From assembly GCF_017348835.2 (NCBI RefSeq), contig NZ_CP071375.1: 64,000 nucleotides of DNA, one strand, 5' to 3'. Shown piece by piece: positions 54,433 to 64,000 of this stretch. A program made the translations under genes and the position numbers. The notes under the pieces are model-generated. The model was not told where the DNA came from and ran no database searches. It saw nothing but the letters and a program-made list of their open reading frames with translations. Positions within the stretch are counted from its first letter, which is position 1, and the number at the start of each line of letters is the position of its first letter. Source of the DNA: Escherichia coli. GTDB lineage: Bacteria; Pseudomonadota; Gammaproteobacteria; Enterobacterales; Enterobacteriaceae.

Positions 54433-55785
54433 GTGTTTATTGGTTTTGATTACGGTACAGCAAACTGTTCAGTGGCGGTCATGCGTGACGGTAAACCGCA
54501 TTTGCTAAAAATGGAAAACGACAGCACGCTGCTGCCTTCAATGCTTTGCGCGCCAACGCGTGAAGCGGTAAGCGAATGGCTGTACCGCCATCATGATGTT
54601 CCGGCAGACGACGATGAAACGCAGGCGCTGTTGCGTCGGGCGATTCGTTATAACCGCGAAGAAGATATCGATGTTACAGCGAAAAGCGTGCAGTTCGGTC
54701 TTTCCTCACTGGCACAGTACATTGATGATCCAGAAGAAGTGTGGTTTGTGAAATCACCAAAATCGTTCCTCGGTGCCAGCGGCTTAAAACCGCAGCAGGT
54801 AGCGCTGTTTGAGGATCTGGTCTGCGCAATGATGTTGCACATTCGCCAGCAGGCGCAGGCGCAGCTGCCAGAAGCGATTACTCAGGCGGTGATTGGTCGC
54901 CCGATCAACTTCCAGGGGCTGGGCGGCGATGAAGCAAACGCCCAGGCGCAAGGGATTCTGGAACGCGCGGCGAAGCGTGCCGGGTTTAAGGATGTGGTAT
55001 TCCAGTACGAGCCGGTAGCGGCAGGGCTGGATTACGAAGCGACTTTGCAGGAAGAAAAACGGGTGCTGGTGGTGGATATCGGCGGTGGTACGACTGACTG
55101 TTCATTGCTGCTGATGGGGCCGCAGTGGCGTTCGCGTCTCGATCGTGAAGCCAGCCTGCTGGGTCACAGTGGTTGCCGTATTGGCGGTAACGATCTGGAT
55201 ATCGCGCTGGCGTTTAAAAACCTGATGCCGTTACTGGGCATGGGTGGCGAAACCGAAAAAGGCATCGCCCTGCCGATTCTGCCGTGGTGGAATGCGGTTG
55301 CCATCAACGACGTACCTGCGCAGAGTGATTTCTACAGTAGTGCCAACGGTCGTCTGCTTAACGATCTGGTACGCGATGCCCGCGAACCGGAAAAAGTGGC
55401 CCTGCTACAGAAAGTCTGGCGTCAGCGTTTAAGCTATCGCCTGGTGCGTAGCGCAGAAGAGTGCAAAATTGCTCTTTCAAGCGTAGCGGAAACCCGCGCC
55501 TCACTGCCTTTTATCAGCGATGAACTGGCTACGCTGATTAGCCAGCAAGGGCTGGAAAGCGCCCTCAGCCAGCCACTGGCGCGGATTCTGGAACAGGTGC
55601 AACTGGCCCTCGATAACGCCCAGGAAAAACCGGACGTTATCTACCTGACCGGCGGAAGCGCCCGTTCGCCGCTGATTAAAAAAGCGCTGGCAGAACAGTT
55701 GCCGGGCATTCCGATTGCAGGCGGCGATGACTTTGGCTCCGTCACCGCCGGGCTGGCACGCTGGGCGGAAGTGGTGTTTCGTTAA
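54433..55785 (+). CDS. yegD: Hsp70-family ATPase-like protein YegD
   Basis: Actin-like ATPase motifs (FIGFDYGTANCSVAV, VVDIGGGTTD). Likely GTG start at 54433; the ORF-track start at 54370 is a TTG and is probably an upstream extension. Confidence 0.85.
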   Translation: MFIGFDYGTANCSVAVMRDGKPHLLKMENDSTLLPSMLCAPTREAVSEWLYRHHDVPADDDETQALLRRAIRYNREEDIDVTAKSVQFGLSSLAQYIDDPEEVWFVKSPKSFLGASGLKPQQVALFEDLVCAMMLHIRQQAQAQLPEAITQAVIGRPINFQGLGGDEANAQAQGILERAAKRAGFKDVVFQYEPVAAGLDYEATLQEEKRVLVVDIGGGTTDCSLLLMGPQWRSRLDREASLLGHSGCRIGGNDLDIALAFKNLMPLLGMGGETEKGIALPILPWWNAVAINDVPAQSDFYSSANGRLLNDLVRDAREPEKVALLQKVWRQRLSYRLVRSAEECKIALSSVAETRASLPFISDELATLISQQGLESALSQPLARILEQVQLALDNAQEKPDVIYLTGGSARSPLIKKALAEQLPGIPIAGGDDFGSVTAGLARWAEVVFR

Positions 55786-55797
55786 TTGAAAAATGGC

Positions 55798-57738
55798 TCA
55801 GCAGCGGCTTAAATCTGCCTGCGCCTGAGCCAGTTTTTCTGCCGCCTGACGTAACGGTTCCATCAACGGCATGGTCCGTGCTGGAGCATGAAGGCGGAAT
55901 CGCTGCAACTCTGTCGCGCCGACAGTCAACGCCGATTCCAGCCGATGTCGTTTGGCGGCCATTTTCGCCATTACCGCTTGTCTGTCTGCAGGCGTTACCG
56001 CTTCGTTCGGCCTGAACACAAAACGGCGTTCACAGCTCGCTTTCCAGTCGATAACCGCCTGGGTCAGATGATCACCAAACCCTTTAACTTGCTTAACCCC
56101 ACGACGGGTAACATCCGCGGCTGTTTCAATACCAAAAGACCGTAACGCCGCTTTACGCGCAGGGCCAACGCCGGGAATAGAGGCAGCATCAATAAAAAAT
56201 CCCTCCAGAAACTTCTGCTTCTGCCGTTCCCTTGCGGTGTCGTGAAGTGCTGCCAGAGCACGTTTTTCTTCTTCCGGTAACCCGAGAATTTCTTCCTTCA
56301 TTTTTTCGAGCATCGTCCGTTTGGCGATAAAACCTTCCAGCCCGCCCAACTGTTGGATCTGGCTGACTAAATGGTCATAGTCCATTTTCGCGCGATTAAA
56401 TGCCTCACGGCGTTGCTGGATTTCTGCTTTATAAGCTTTGCTTGTCAGACTGCCAATAATCCAGATAGCCGCCAGCACAGGAACCAAAATAATATAACGC
56501 GGTTCTGCCTGAAGGCCGCAAAGCAGCAGCGATACCGCTGACAGTGCGATCTCAATCAGGATGATGTATTCGCGCCGTAACAGGCCTGAAGGAAGCGGCC
56601 TGCCAGTCGGTTGGAAATGATCGGGTAATGGCAGTTGCAATGCTGGCGGCGCTACTGACGCCATCACCATCGCCCAGACTTTCGCCAGCACAAAATCACC
56701 GCTGGTGGTAATGACCTCTTCGCCGAGATCAATAAAATAGATAACGCCTTGATTATCCAGCGCACACCACGGGCAGTCAGTCAAATGAGCTGGGTAAACA
56801 TGCATTGCTGAAACGGTACATTTCTTTAACTGTTGGCGTAGAGAGTCCAGTGCCGCTACCCACGCTTTAGCCGTCGGACGCCCCGTTGCCACGCCACTTT
56901 CCGTGAATGCCTGCTGAAACATGGCTTCAACATCACTCGGTAACATCGATAGCGGAATAGATCGTGGCGGCGGTTTTAAACCACGTCGCTGATTATCTGA
57001 CGCGTAGGCATAACGGAAATGGGTAATATCCGTCTCCAGCGCATTACCCGCATCAGAGATAAGCGGCACACCAGAATAAGGATGCCGCCCACCAAACAAG
57101 ACGTGAAAAATCAGCAACGCAAGGCCAAAATTATCGTGATTCGCGGTACGTTCAAAACCGACAAATGATGGCAAGGTTTGTAGCTCTGGCGGCGTAAAAT
57201 GCGACACGCCGACTTCGCATAAATGCAGTGTGCCATTGGCGTTAATCTGAAAGGAGTCACTATCGATCAACACCACTTTGCTGTCGCGACCTACCATAAA
57301 GCTGTTCTGGTTTACGTCCCCCACGACGTGCCCGTGCTCGTGAACCGTAGCAAAAGATGAAGCAATATTGCGCGCAACATAGAGTAGAAAATCCCACGCA
57401 CAATGAGGGTAACGTTGACGACGATGTGCCGGGCTATAGATCATATGAATCGGTTCTTTACCAGAAACTTTTGGCATCATAAAACCGATAACTTTTCCGC
57501 CTCGTCCACCGTGAAGCGTTGCCTGCGGCCAGGCGACATAATTCAACAACTGCGCGTCAGCTGTCGCAGCCATAAAGGCAAGTTTGTCCTGTTTTAAGGC
57601 GGGTGGCGGCGTGTGATAAATCTTGGCGACGCTATCGACAAACTCATTGATATCATAAACCGCGCCTTCGCCACCTTTGCCCAGTTCACGGCCTGGCGTA
57701 ACGCACTCACCAGTAGCAGTATATAAAGTGGGTTTCAT
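55798..57738 (-). CDS. yegI: Eukaryotic-like Ser/Thr protein kinase YegI, with membrane segment and C-terminal extension
   Basis: About 646-aa ORF with kinase-like N-terminal domain (GKGGEGAVY...HGHVVGDVNQNSF...DSDSFQ); its start lies 3 nt from the yegK stop. Confidence 0.85.
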   Translation of the reverse strand: MKPTLYTATGECVTPGRELGKGGEGAVYDINEFVDSVAKIYHTPPPALKQDKLAFMAATADAQLLNYVAWPQATLHGGRGGKVIGFMMPKVSGKEPIHMIYSPAHRRQRYPHCAWDFLLYVARNIASSFATVHEHGHVVGDVNQNSFMVGRDSKVVLIDSDSFQINANGTLHLCEVGVSHFTPPELQTLPSFVGFERTANHDNFGLALLIFHVLFGGRHPYSGVPLISDAGNALETDITHFRYAYASDNQRRGLKPPPRSIPLSMLPSDVEAMFQQAFTESGVATGRPTAKAWVAALDSLRQQLKKCTVSAMHVYPAHLTDCPWCALDNQGVIYFIDLGEEVITTSGDFVLAKVWAMVMASVAPPALQLPLPDHFQPTGRPLPSGLLRREYIILIEIALSAVSLLLCGLQAEPRYIILVPVLAAIWIIGSLTSKAYKAEIQQRREAFNRAKMDYDHLVSQIQQLGGLEGFIAKRTMLEKMKEEILGLPEEEKRALAALHDTARERQKQKFLEGFFIDAASIPGVGPARKAALRSFGIETAADVTRRGVKQVKGFGDHLTQAVIDWKASCERRFVFRPNEAVTPADRQAVMAKMAAKRHRLESALTVGATELQRFRLHAPARTMPLMEPLRQAAEKLAQAQADLSRC

Positions 57739-58496
57739 GGTAACCACAGCGCCAGTGCCAACGTTTTATCATCATCGGTACGCTCGTTTACCGCTGGGCT
57801 CGACAAAAACTGCTTTAACAATTCAGGTAATAAATCGAGTTGTTCCTGCGTTGCTGCCGCCAGTCCATTGAAAAAAGAGGTAAAGAAAGGCACATGGGGA
57901 GAATTATCCAGCATATTTAACGCCAGTCGCTGGATACCATCCGTAAATGCTGCAACTTTATGCACACGCTCAGTGCTGGTGAAAGTTTCCAGTCTGGAAA
58001 CGGCATCTTCATCGGTAATGAAGTGCGTCATATTGGCATATTCACCCACCATCGGCGTGAGCGGCAGTTCCAGACCACGACCAAAATCCACCACTACACC
58101 GCCGTCGCCAATTTGCATAATCAATGTGCCGTTAGCCGATGAAATCAATCCCAGAAACGTGCAGGCAAAATCGCGAACCGCTAATGCTTTGGCTTCCGCC
58201 TCGGCAAAAAGTCGCTGACGAATGGTCAGCACAATATCCGTGGCGAGGACATCATTAACCCCCAATTCACCGCCCTGTACTTTTTGCATCATAAACGCCA
58301 TCGCTTCATTGACGGCGAGCGTCGCGCCTTCTCCTCCCTGCGAAACGCTACCTGCGCCATCAGCAAGGAACATCACCAGTAATGGTTGCTGGTCGTTTAG
58401 CCAGGCAACCTGCATCTGGCAGGCATCCTGACAAGGTAAATCAGCGCTAATGTGCGACGTTCCAACAGCGGATGCATAAACCAGACGCCAGCTCAC
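57735..58496 (-). CDS. yegK: PP2C-family protein phosphatase YegK (PphC)
   Basis: 253-aa ORF in an operon with the kinase; overlaps yegL stop by 4 nt. Confidence 0.85.
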   Translation of the reverse strand: MSWRLVYASAVGTSHISADLPCQDACQMQVAWLNDQQPLLVMFLADGAGSVSQGGEGATLAVNEAMAFMMQKVQGGELGVNDVLATDIVLTIRQRLFAEAEAKALAVRDFACTFLGLISSANGTLIMQIGDGGVVVDFGRGLELPLTPMVGEYANMTHFITDEDAVSRLETFTSTERVHKVAAFTDGIQRLALNMLDNSPHVPFFTSFFNGLAAATQEQLDLLPELLKQFLSSPAVNERTDDDKTLALALWLP

Positions 58497-59152
58497 ACTG
58501 ACGTCCAGCCTTTTGGCGCTTCCAGCACAACTTCCGTTCCCGGCGTGGAGCGGGAAACCGAACGCAGCGAACTGGATAACCAGCTAAACAGTTCACGGAA
58601 TTGTAATCCCTGCAGTGGCAAAGGCTGACGAACGCTGATTTGTGCCAGCGTCTTCATATCCGCCCCCTGAACACCGATGGAAAAGAAGGCAAACTTCTTA
58701 TCTTCTTCCCCCTGAAACACTTTGTTGGCGGCAGCCTGCCACTCATCGGTTGGAGCGCCATCGGTGATCAGGAAAATCCACGGGCGATAATACGAAATAC
58801 CATTTGCGCGGTACTCACGTTTCCTCTCTTCAACCATATCCAGGGCTTTGGTAATGGCGGCCCCCATAGGCGTATCCCCCTGGGCAAACAGGATGGGCGG
58901 GAAAAAGTTAGCGGCGCTGGTAAAGGGTTGTTCCACATGCACCGGGCCGAACGTCACAATGCCGAGTTCCACTCTTTTTAAAGCCAGCGGATCAGCAAGC
59001 AGTTCATCACGAAAGGTAACCAATCCGGCGTTAAGTTCATTAATAGGTCTGCCGCTCATCGAGCCAGAAACATCCAGCAGCAGAATGCAGGGGCAACGTG
59101 GTTCCGGGTTACTGGCAAAATCGCTGGTGGCAAACGTGATTTGTTCGCTCAT
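58493..59152 (-). CDS. yegL: von Willebrand factor A (vWA) domain protein YegL
   Basis: 219-aa ORF with vWA MIDAS-like start ([12 protein letters not shown]); first gene of the yegL-yegK-yegI operon. Confidence 0.85.
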   Translation of the reverse strand: MSEQITFATSDFASNPEPRCPCILLLDVSGSMSGRPINELNAGLVTFRDELLADPLALKRVELGIVTFGPVHVEQPFTSAANFFPPILFAQGDTPMGAAITKALDMVEERKREYRANGISYYRPWIFLITDGAPTDEWQAAANKVFQGEEDKKFAFFSIGVQGADMKTLAQISVRQPLPLQGLQFRELFSWLSSSLRSVSRSTPGTEVVLEAPKGWTSV

Positions 59153-59333
59153 AAGAAATCCTTTCTTAGAGAATTATTGAGGTCCGGTATCATACCGACT
59201 GCAATAATGAAATAAGAGCAGGCAAAGCAACTTTCAGAATTCGGCCCGGCGGCGCAGAAAATTTTGCTATTCGCCTCGCAAGAACGGAGAGCCGTCGATT
59301 GACACTAAGGGCGGAGTGACATAATTTCAGGAG

Positions 59334-59480
59334 TGAGGGTTAGGGAGAGGTTTCCCCCTCCCCCTGGTGTTCTTAGTAAGCCTGGAAGCTAATCACTAAG
59401 AGTATCAGCAGTATGATGACGTGCTTCATCATAACCCTTTCCTTATTAAAAGCCCTCTTCTCCGGGAGAGGGTTTCCCGT
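59334..59480 (+). ncRNA. sib: Sib-type antisense sRNA (type I antitoxin), copy 1
   Basis: Sigma70-like promoter (TTGACA 59299-59304, 17-bp spacer, TAATTT 59322-59327); transcript fully antisense to the ibs ORF; GC hairpin gccctcttctccgggagaggg followed by a T-run at about 59453-59483. Ends are approximate. Confidence 0.6.
59374..59433 (-). CDS. ibs: Ibs-family type I toxin (19-aa hydrophobic peptide MMKHVIILLILLVISFQAY), copy 1
   Basis: Hand translation of the reverse complement of 59374-59433 gives a 19-codon ORF plus stop that matches the Ibs toxin family and lies inside the antisense Sib unit. Confidence 0.75.
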
Positions 59481-59668
59481 TTCAGCGTCCCGCTGAAATC
59501 GTCGGCTTACCTCCTTTCGCCCTGAATGCAGTCTATCGCTAACGCGTGAACAAAATAGTTCCCTCTGTGATTATTGCGTAACGACTCGCAAAGAATATTT
59601 GCTGGCAGGATCGCAGACTGCAAAGCCTGCAGATTGACAATCTTATCGTGAAGGCATACTTTCAGGAG

Positions 59669-59808
59669 TGAGGGTAGAGTGGGGTTTCCCCCGCCCTGGT
59701 AGTCTTAGTAAGCCGGGAAGCTTATGACTAAGAGCACCACGATGATGATCCACTTCATCATGACCCTTTCCTTATTTAAGGCCCCTTCCTCGGGAGGGGC
59801 TTTCCCGT
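59669..59808 (+). ncRNA. sib: Sib-type antisense sRNA, copy 2
   Basis: Promoter TTGACA 59634-59639, 17-bp spacer, TACTTT 59657-59662; terminator-like hairpin gccccttcctcgggaggggc followed by tttcccgttt near 59781-59810. Ends are approximate. Confidence 0.6.
59705..59761 (-). CDS. ibs: Ibs-family type I toxin (18 aa, MMKWIIIVVLLVISFPAY), copy 2
   Basis: Hand translation of the reverse complement; 18 codons plus stop; Ibs-like. Confidence 0.75.
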   Translation of the reverse strand: MMKWIIIVVLLVISFPAY

Positions 59809-59996
59809 TTCAGCGTCCCGCTGAAATCGTCGGCTTACCTCCTTTCGCCCTGAATTCAGTCTATCGCTAACGCGTGAACAAAATAGTTTCCTCTGTGATT
59901 ATTGCGTAACGTCTCGCAAAGAATATTTGCTGGCAGGATCGCAGACTGCAAAGCCTGCGGATTGACATTCTGAACGTGAAGGCATACTTTCAGGAG

Positions 59997-60135
59997 TGAG
60001 GGTAGAGCGGGGTTTCCCCCGCCCTGGTAGTCTTAGTATGCTGGGTAGCTAATCACTAAGAGCACCACGATGATGAGTATCTTCATCATGACCCTTTCCT
60101 TATTTATGGCCCCTTCCTCGGGAGGGGCTTTCCCG
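59997..60135 (+). ncRNA. sib: Sib-type antisense sRNA, copy 3
   Basis: Promoter TTGACA 59962-59967, 17-bp spacer, TACTTT 59985-59990; terminator-like hairpin ending near 60135. Ends are approximate. Confidence 0.6.
60033..60089 (-). CDS. ibs: Ibs-family type I toxin (18 aa, MMKILIIVVLLVISYPAY), copy 3
   Basis: Hand translation of the reverse complement; 18 codons plus stop; Ibs-like. Confidence 0.75.
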   Translation of the reverse strand: MMKILIIVVLLVISYPAY

Positions 60136-60367
60136 TTTCAGCGTCCCGCTGAAATCGTCGGCTTACCTCCTTTCGCCATGCAAGCAGTCTATCGCTAACG
60201 CGTAGATAAAATAGTTTCCTGTGTTATTACTGGATGCGTGCTCGCAAATGTGCCCGCCATTCAGACGATTCCCGATAGTGTTTCATAATTCCTCCATTTT
60301 TCTCCCTTATTGGCTGGCTACACTAGTATCATTCCGCGAAACGTTTCAGGAAGAGAAACTCTTAACG

Positions 60368-61615
60368 ATGAAAGGCAGTTATAAATCCCGTTGGGTAATC
60401 GTAATCGTGGTGGTTATCGCCGCCATCGCCGCATTCTGGTTCTGGCAAGGCCGCAATGACTCCCAGAGTGCAGCCCCAGGGGCGACGAAACAAGCGCAGC
60501 AATCGCCAGCGGGTGGTCGCCGTGGTATGCGTTCCGGCCCATTAGCCCCGGTTCAGGCGGCGACCGCCGTAGAACAGGCAGTTCCGCGTTACCTCACCGG
60601 GCTTGGCACTATTACCGCTGCTAATACTGTTACGGTGCGTAGCCGCGTGGACGGTCAACTGATGGCGTTACATTTCCAGGAAGGCCAGCAGGTCAAAGCA
60701 GGCGATTTACTGGCAGAAATTGACCCCAGCCAGTTCAAAGTTGCATTAGCACAAGCCCAGGGCCAACTGGCAAAAGATAAAGCCACGCTTGCCAACGCCC
60801 GCCGTGACCTGGCGCGTTATCAACAACTGGTAAAAACCAATCTCGTATCTCGTCAGGAACTGGATGCCCAACAGGCGCTGGTCAGTGAAACCGAAGGCAC
60901 CATTAAGGCTGATGAAGCAAGCGTCGCCAGCGCACAGCTGCAACTCGACTGGAGCCGCATCACCGCACCAGTCGATGGTCGCGTTGGTCTCAAGCAGGTT
61001 GATGTTGGTAACCAAATCTCCAGTGGTGATACCACCGGAATTGTGGTGATCACCCAGACGCATCCTATCGATTTGCTCTTTACCCTGCCGGAAAGCGATA
61101 TCGCTACCGTCGTGCAGGCGCAAAAAGCCGGGAAACCGCTTGTGGTAGAAGCCTGGGATCGCACCAACTCGAAGAAATTAAGTGAAGGCACGCTGTTAAG
61201 TCTCGATAACCAAATCGATGCCACTACCGGTACGATTAAAGTGAAAGCACGCTTTAATAATCAGGATGATGCGCTGTTTCCCAATCAGTTTGTTAACGCG
61301 CGCATGTTAGTCGACACCGAACAAAACGCCGTAGTGATCCCAACAGCCGCCCTGCAAATGGGCAATGAAGGCCATTTTGTCTGGGTGCTGAATAGCGAAA
61401 ACAAGGTCAGCAAACATCTGGTGACGCCAGGCATTCAGGACAGTCAGAAAGTGGTGATCCGTGCAGGTATTTCTGCGGGCGATCGCGTGGTGACAGACGG
61501 CATTGATCGCCTGACCGAAGGGGCGAAAGTGGAAGTGGTGGAAGCCCAGAGCGCCACCACTCCGGAAGAGAAAGCCACCAGCCGCGAATACGCGAAAAAA
61601 GGAGCACGCTCCTGA
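60368..61615 (+). CDS. mdtA: Multidrug efflux RND membrane fusion protein MdtA
   Basis: Protein [28 protein letters not shown]... (415 aa); the ORF track extends 49 codons upstream into the sib/ibs repeat. Confidence 0.9.
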   Translation: MKGSYKSRWVIVIVVVIAAIAAFWFWQGRNDSQSAAPGATKQAQQSPAGGRRGMRSGPLAPVQAATAVEQAVPRYLTGLGTITAANTVTVRSRVDGQLMALHFQEGQQVKAGDLLAEIDPSQFKVALAQAQGQLAKDKATLANARRDLARYQQLVKTNLVSRQELDAQQALVSETEGTIKADEASVASAQLQLDWSRITAPVDGRVGLKQVDVGNQISSGDTTGIVVITQTHPIDLLFTLPESDIATVVQAQKAGKPLVVEAWDRTNSKKLSEGTLLSLDNQIDATTGTIKVKARFNNQDDALFPNQFVNARMLVDTEQNAVVIPTAALQMGNEGHFVWVLNSENKVSKHLVTPGIQDSQKVVIRAGISAGDRVVTDGIDRLTEGAKVEVVEAQSATTPEEKATSREYAKKGARS

Positions 61616-64000
61616 TGCAGGTGTTACCTCCGAGCAGCACAGGCGGCCCGTCGCGCCTGTTTATTATGCGTCCTGTCGCCACCACGCTGCTGATGGTGGC
61701 GATCTTACTCGCCGGGATTATCGGTTATCGCGCCCTGCCCGTTTCGGCGCTGCCGGAAGTGGACTATCCGACCATTCAGGTGGTCACGCTCTACCCAGGT
61801 GCGAGCCCGGATGTCATGACCTCTGCCGTTACCGCGCCGCTCGAACGCCAGTTCGGGCAGATGTCTGGTCTGAAACAGATGTCGTCGCAAAGTTCCGGCG
61901 GTGCGTCAGTTATCACTTTGCAGTTCCAGCTAACATTACCGCTGGATGTCGCCGAGCAGGAAGTACAGGCCGCGATTAACGCTGCGACCAACTTGTTGCC
62001 GAGCGATCTGCCTAACCCGCCGGTTTACAGCAAAGTGAACCCGGCAGATCCGCCGATCATGACGCTCGCCGTCACCTCAACAGCCATGCCGATGACGCAA
62101 GTGGAAGATATGGTGGAAACCCGCGTCGCGCAGAAAATCTCGCAGATTTCCGGCGTCGGCCTGGTGACGCTTTCCGGCGGCCAGCGTCCGGCTGTTCGCG
62201 TCAAACTTAACGCTCAGGCGATTGCCGCCCTCGGCCTGACCAGCGAAACCGTGCGAACCGCCATTACCGGCGCTAACGTTAACTCGGCAAAAGGTAGCCT
62301 CGACGGCCCTTCCCGTGCGGTCACGCTTTCCGCGAATGACCAAATGCAATCTGCGGAAGAATATCGCCAGTTGATTATCGCCTACCAGAACGGCGCGCCG
62401 ATTCGTCTGGGCGATGTCGCAACCGTAGAGCAAGGTGCAGAAAACAGCTGGCTCGGCGCGTGGGCGAATAAAGAACAGGCCATCGTGATGAATGTTCAGC
62501 GCCAGCCCGGTGCTAACATTATCTCCACCGCCGACAGCATCCGGCAGATGCTGCCACAGCTCACCGAGAGTCTGCCGAAATCGGTGAAGGTGACGGTACT
62601 TTCTGACCGTACCACCAATATCCGCGCATCCGTCGATGATACTCAGTTTGAATTGATGATGGCTATCGCGCTGGTAGTAATGATTATCTACCTGTTTTTG
62701 CGCAATATTCCGGCGACCATCATTCCCGGCGTCGCAGTGCCGCTGTCGTTAATCGGCACCTTCGCGGTCATGGTGTTTCTCGATTTTTCAATCAATAACC
62801 TGACGCTGATGGCGTTAACTATCGCCACCGGATTCGTGGTCGATGACGCCATCGTGGTGATCGAAAATATTTCCCGCTATATCGAAAAAGGCGAAAAACC
62901 GTTGGCGGCGGCGCTCAAAGGCGCAGGTGAAATCGGCTTTACCATTATCTCGCTGACCTTCTCGCTGATTGCGGTGTTGATCCCACTGCTGTTTATGGGC
63001 GATATCGTCGGGCGACTGTTCCGCGAATTTGCTATTACCCTGGCGGTAGCGATTTTAATCTCAGCCGTGGTGTCGCTAACCCTGACACCGATGATGTGCG
63101 CACGGATGCTCAGCCAGGAGTCGTTGCGTAAACAGAACCGCTTCTCCCGTGCCTCGGAAAAAATGTTCGACAGGATAATCGCCGCCTATGGTCGTGGACT
63201 GGCGAAAGTGCTGAATCATCCGTGGCTGACCTTAAGCGTGGCGCTCAGCACGCTGCTGCTTAGCGTTCTATTGTGGGTGTTCATTCCGAAAGGTTTCTTC
63301 CCGGTACAGGATAACGGCATTATTCAGGGCACTTTGCAGGCACCGCAATCCAGCTCCTTTGCCAATATGGCCCAGCGGCAACGCCAGGTCGCGGACGTGA
63401 TTTTGCAGGATCCGGCAGTGCAAAGTCTGACCTCATTTGTTGGCGTTGATGGCACTAACCCGTCGCTGAACAGTGCGCGTTTGCAGATCAACCTCAAACC
63501 GCTGGATGAACGTGATGATCGGGTGCAAAAAGTCATCGCCCGTCTGCAAACGGCGGTGGATAAAGTGCCGGGCGTCGATCTCTTCCTGCAACCAACGCAG
63601 GACCTGACCATCGATACTCAGGTCAGCCGCACCCAGTACCAGTTTACCTTGCAGGCCACGTCACTGGATGCGCTCAGTACCTGGGTGCCACAGTTGATGG
63701 AAAAACTCCAGCAGCTGCCACAGCTATCTGATGTCTCCAGCGACTGGCAGGACAAAGGGCTGGTGGCGTATGTCAATGTTGATCGCGACAGCGCCAGCCG
63801 TCTGGGGATCAGCATGGCGGACGTCGATAACGCCCTGTACAACGCGTTTGGTCAGCGGCTGATTTCCACTATTTATACTCAGGCTAACCAGTATCGCGTG
63901 GTGCTGGAGCACAACACCGAAAATACCCCAGGGCTTGCGGCGCTGGATACCATTCGCCTGACCAGTAGCGAAGGCGGCGTGGTGCCGTTAAGCTCAATTG
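61615..64000 (+). CDS. mdtB: Multidrug efflux RND transporter permease MdtB (5' part; continues beyond the window)
   Basis: ATG at 61615 overlaps the mdtA stop (tgATG); the frame stays open to the window end and encodes [56 protein letters not shown]..., RND-type. Not in the ORF track because there is no stop in the window. Confidence 0.88.
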   Translation, partial: MQVLPPSSTGGPSRLFIMRPVATTLLMVAILLAGIIGYRALPVSALPEVDYPTIQVVTLYPGASPDVMTSAVTAPLERQFGQMSGLKQMSSQSSGGASVITLQFQLTLPLDVAEQEVQAAINAATNLLPSDLPNPPVYSKVNPADPPIMTLAVTSTAMPMTQVEDMVETRVAQKISQISGVGLVTLSGGQRPAVRVKLNAQAIAALGLTSETVRTAITGANVNSAKGSLDGPSRAVTLSANDQMQSAEEYRQLIIAYQNGAPIRLGDVATVEQGAENSWLGAWANKEQAIVMNVQRQPGANIISTADSIRQMLPQLTESLPKSVKVTVLSDRTTNIRASVDDTQFELMMAIALVVMIIYLFLRNIPATIIPGVAVPLSLIGTFAVMVFLDFSINNLTLMALTIATGFVVDDAIVVIENISRYIEKGEKPLAAALKGAGEIGFTIISLTFSLIAVLIPLLFMGDIVGRLFREFAITLAVAILISAVVSLTLTPMMCARMLSQESLRKQNRFSRASEKMFDRIIAAYGRGLAKVLNHPWLTLSVALSTLLLSVLLWVFIPKGFFPVQDNGIIQGTLQAPQSSSFANMAQRQRQVADVILQDPAVQSLTSFVGVDGTNPSLNSARLQINLKPLDERDDRVQKVIARLQTAVDKVPGVDLFLQPTQDLTIDTQVSRTQYQFTLQATSLDALSTWVPQLMEKLQQLPQLSDVSSDWQDKGLVAYVNVDRDSASRLGISMADVDNALYNAFGQRLISTIYTQANQYRVVLEHNTENTPGLAALDTIRLTSSEGGVVPLSSI

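Noticed and set aside
59290-60230. Possible CRISPR array (tandem repeats in the yegL-mdtA spacer)
   Set aside because: The units are about 330 bp with promoters, terminators and small ORFs, not 28-37-bp repeats with unique spacers; they are ibs/sib toxin-antitoxin units. The REP arrays elsewhere are likewise not CRISPR.
60221-60367. 5' extension of the mdtA ORF into the third sib/ibs unit
   Set aside because: The recognised MdtA N-terminus ([12 protein letters not shown]..., signal/anchor-like) starts at 60368, and the upstream extension overlaps the repeat and promoter region.

Overview
This window reads as an Escherichia coli-type chromosomal segment with three blocks. (1) 1-19,016: an AT-rich O-antigen gene cluster, entirely on the minus strand, read from a JUMPstart/ops element next to galF. 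It encodes a complete nonulosonic-acid pathway of the GDP-GlcNAc / legionaminic-acid type (legB, legC, legG, legI, legH, ptmE, ptmF, legF, ptmA), an unassigned 529-aa protein, wzx, wzy, a GT1-type glycosyltransferase, the UDP-L-FucNAc pathway fnlABC and wbuB/wbuC. (2) 19,439-43,530: galF and the full colanic acid cluster (wcaM to wza) with its own JUMPstart/ops element and several REP/BIME elements. (3) 44,189-64,000: yegH, a small RelE-like toxin / XRE antitoxin pair, asmA, dcd, udk, dgcE, alkA, yegD, the yegL-yegK-yegI operon (vWA, PP2C phosphatase, Ser/Thr kinase), three tandem ~330-bp ibs/sib type I toxin-antitoxin units, mdtA and the 5' part of mdtB. Gene names rest on my recognition of the translated ORFs and on synteny; no database search was run. 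Some ORF-track starts are clearly alternative start codons or upstream extensions, and I give the start I consider most likely. I do not see a clearly novel system. The least-characterised elements are the 529-aa protein inside the nonulosonic-acid block (candidate legionaminic-acid transferase), the kinase/phosphatase/vWA triad, the toxin-antitoxin pair between yegH and asmA, and the three-copy ibs/sib array.
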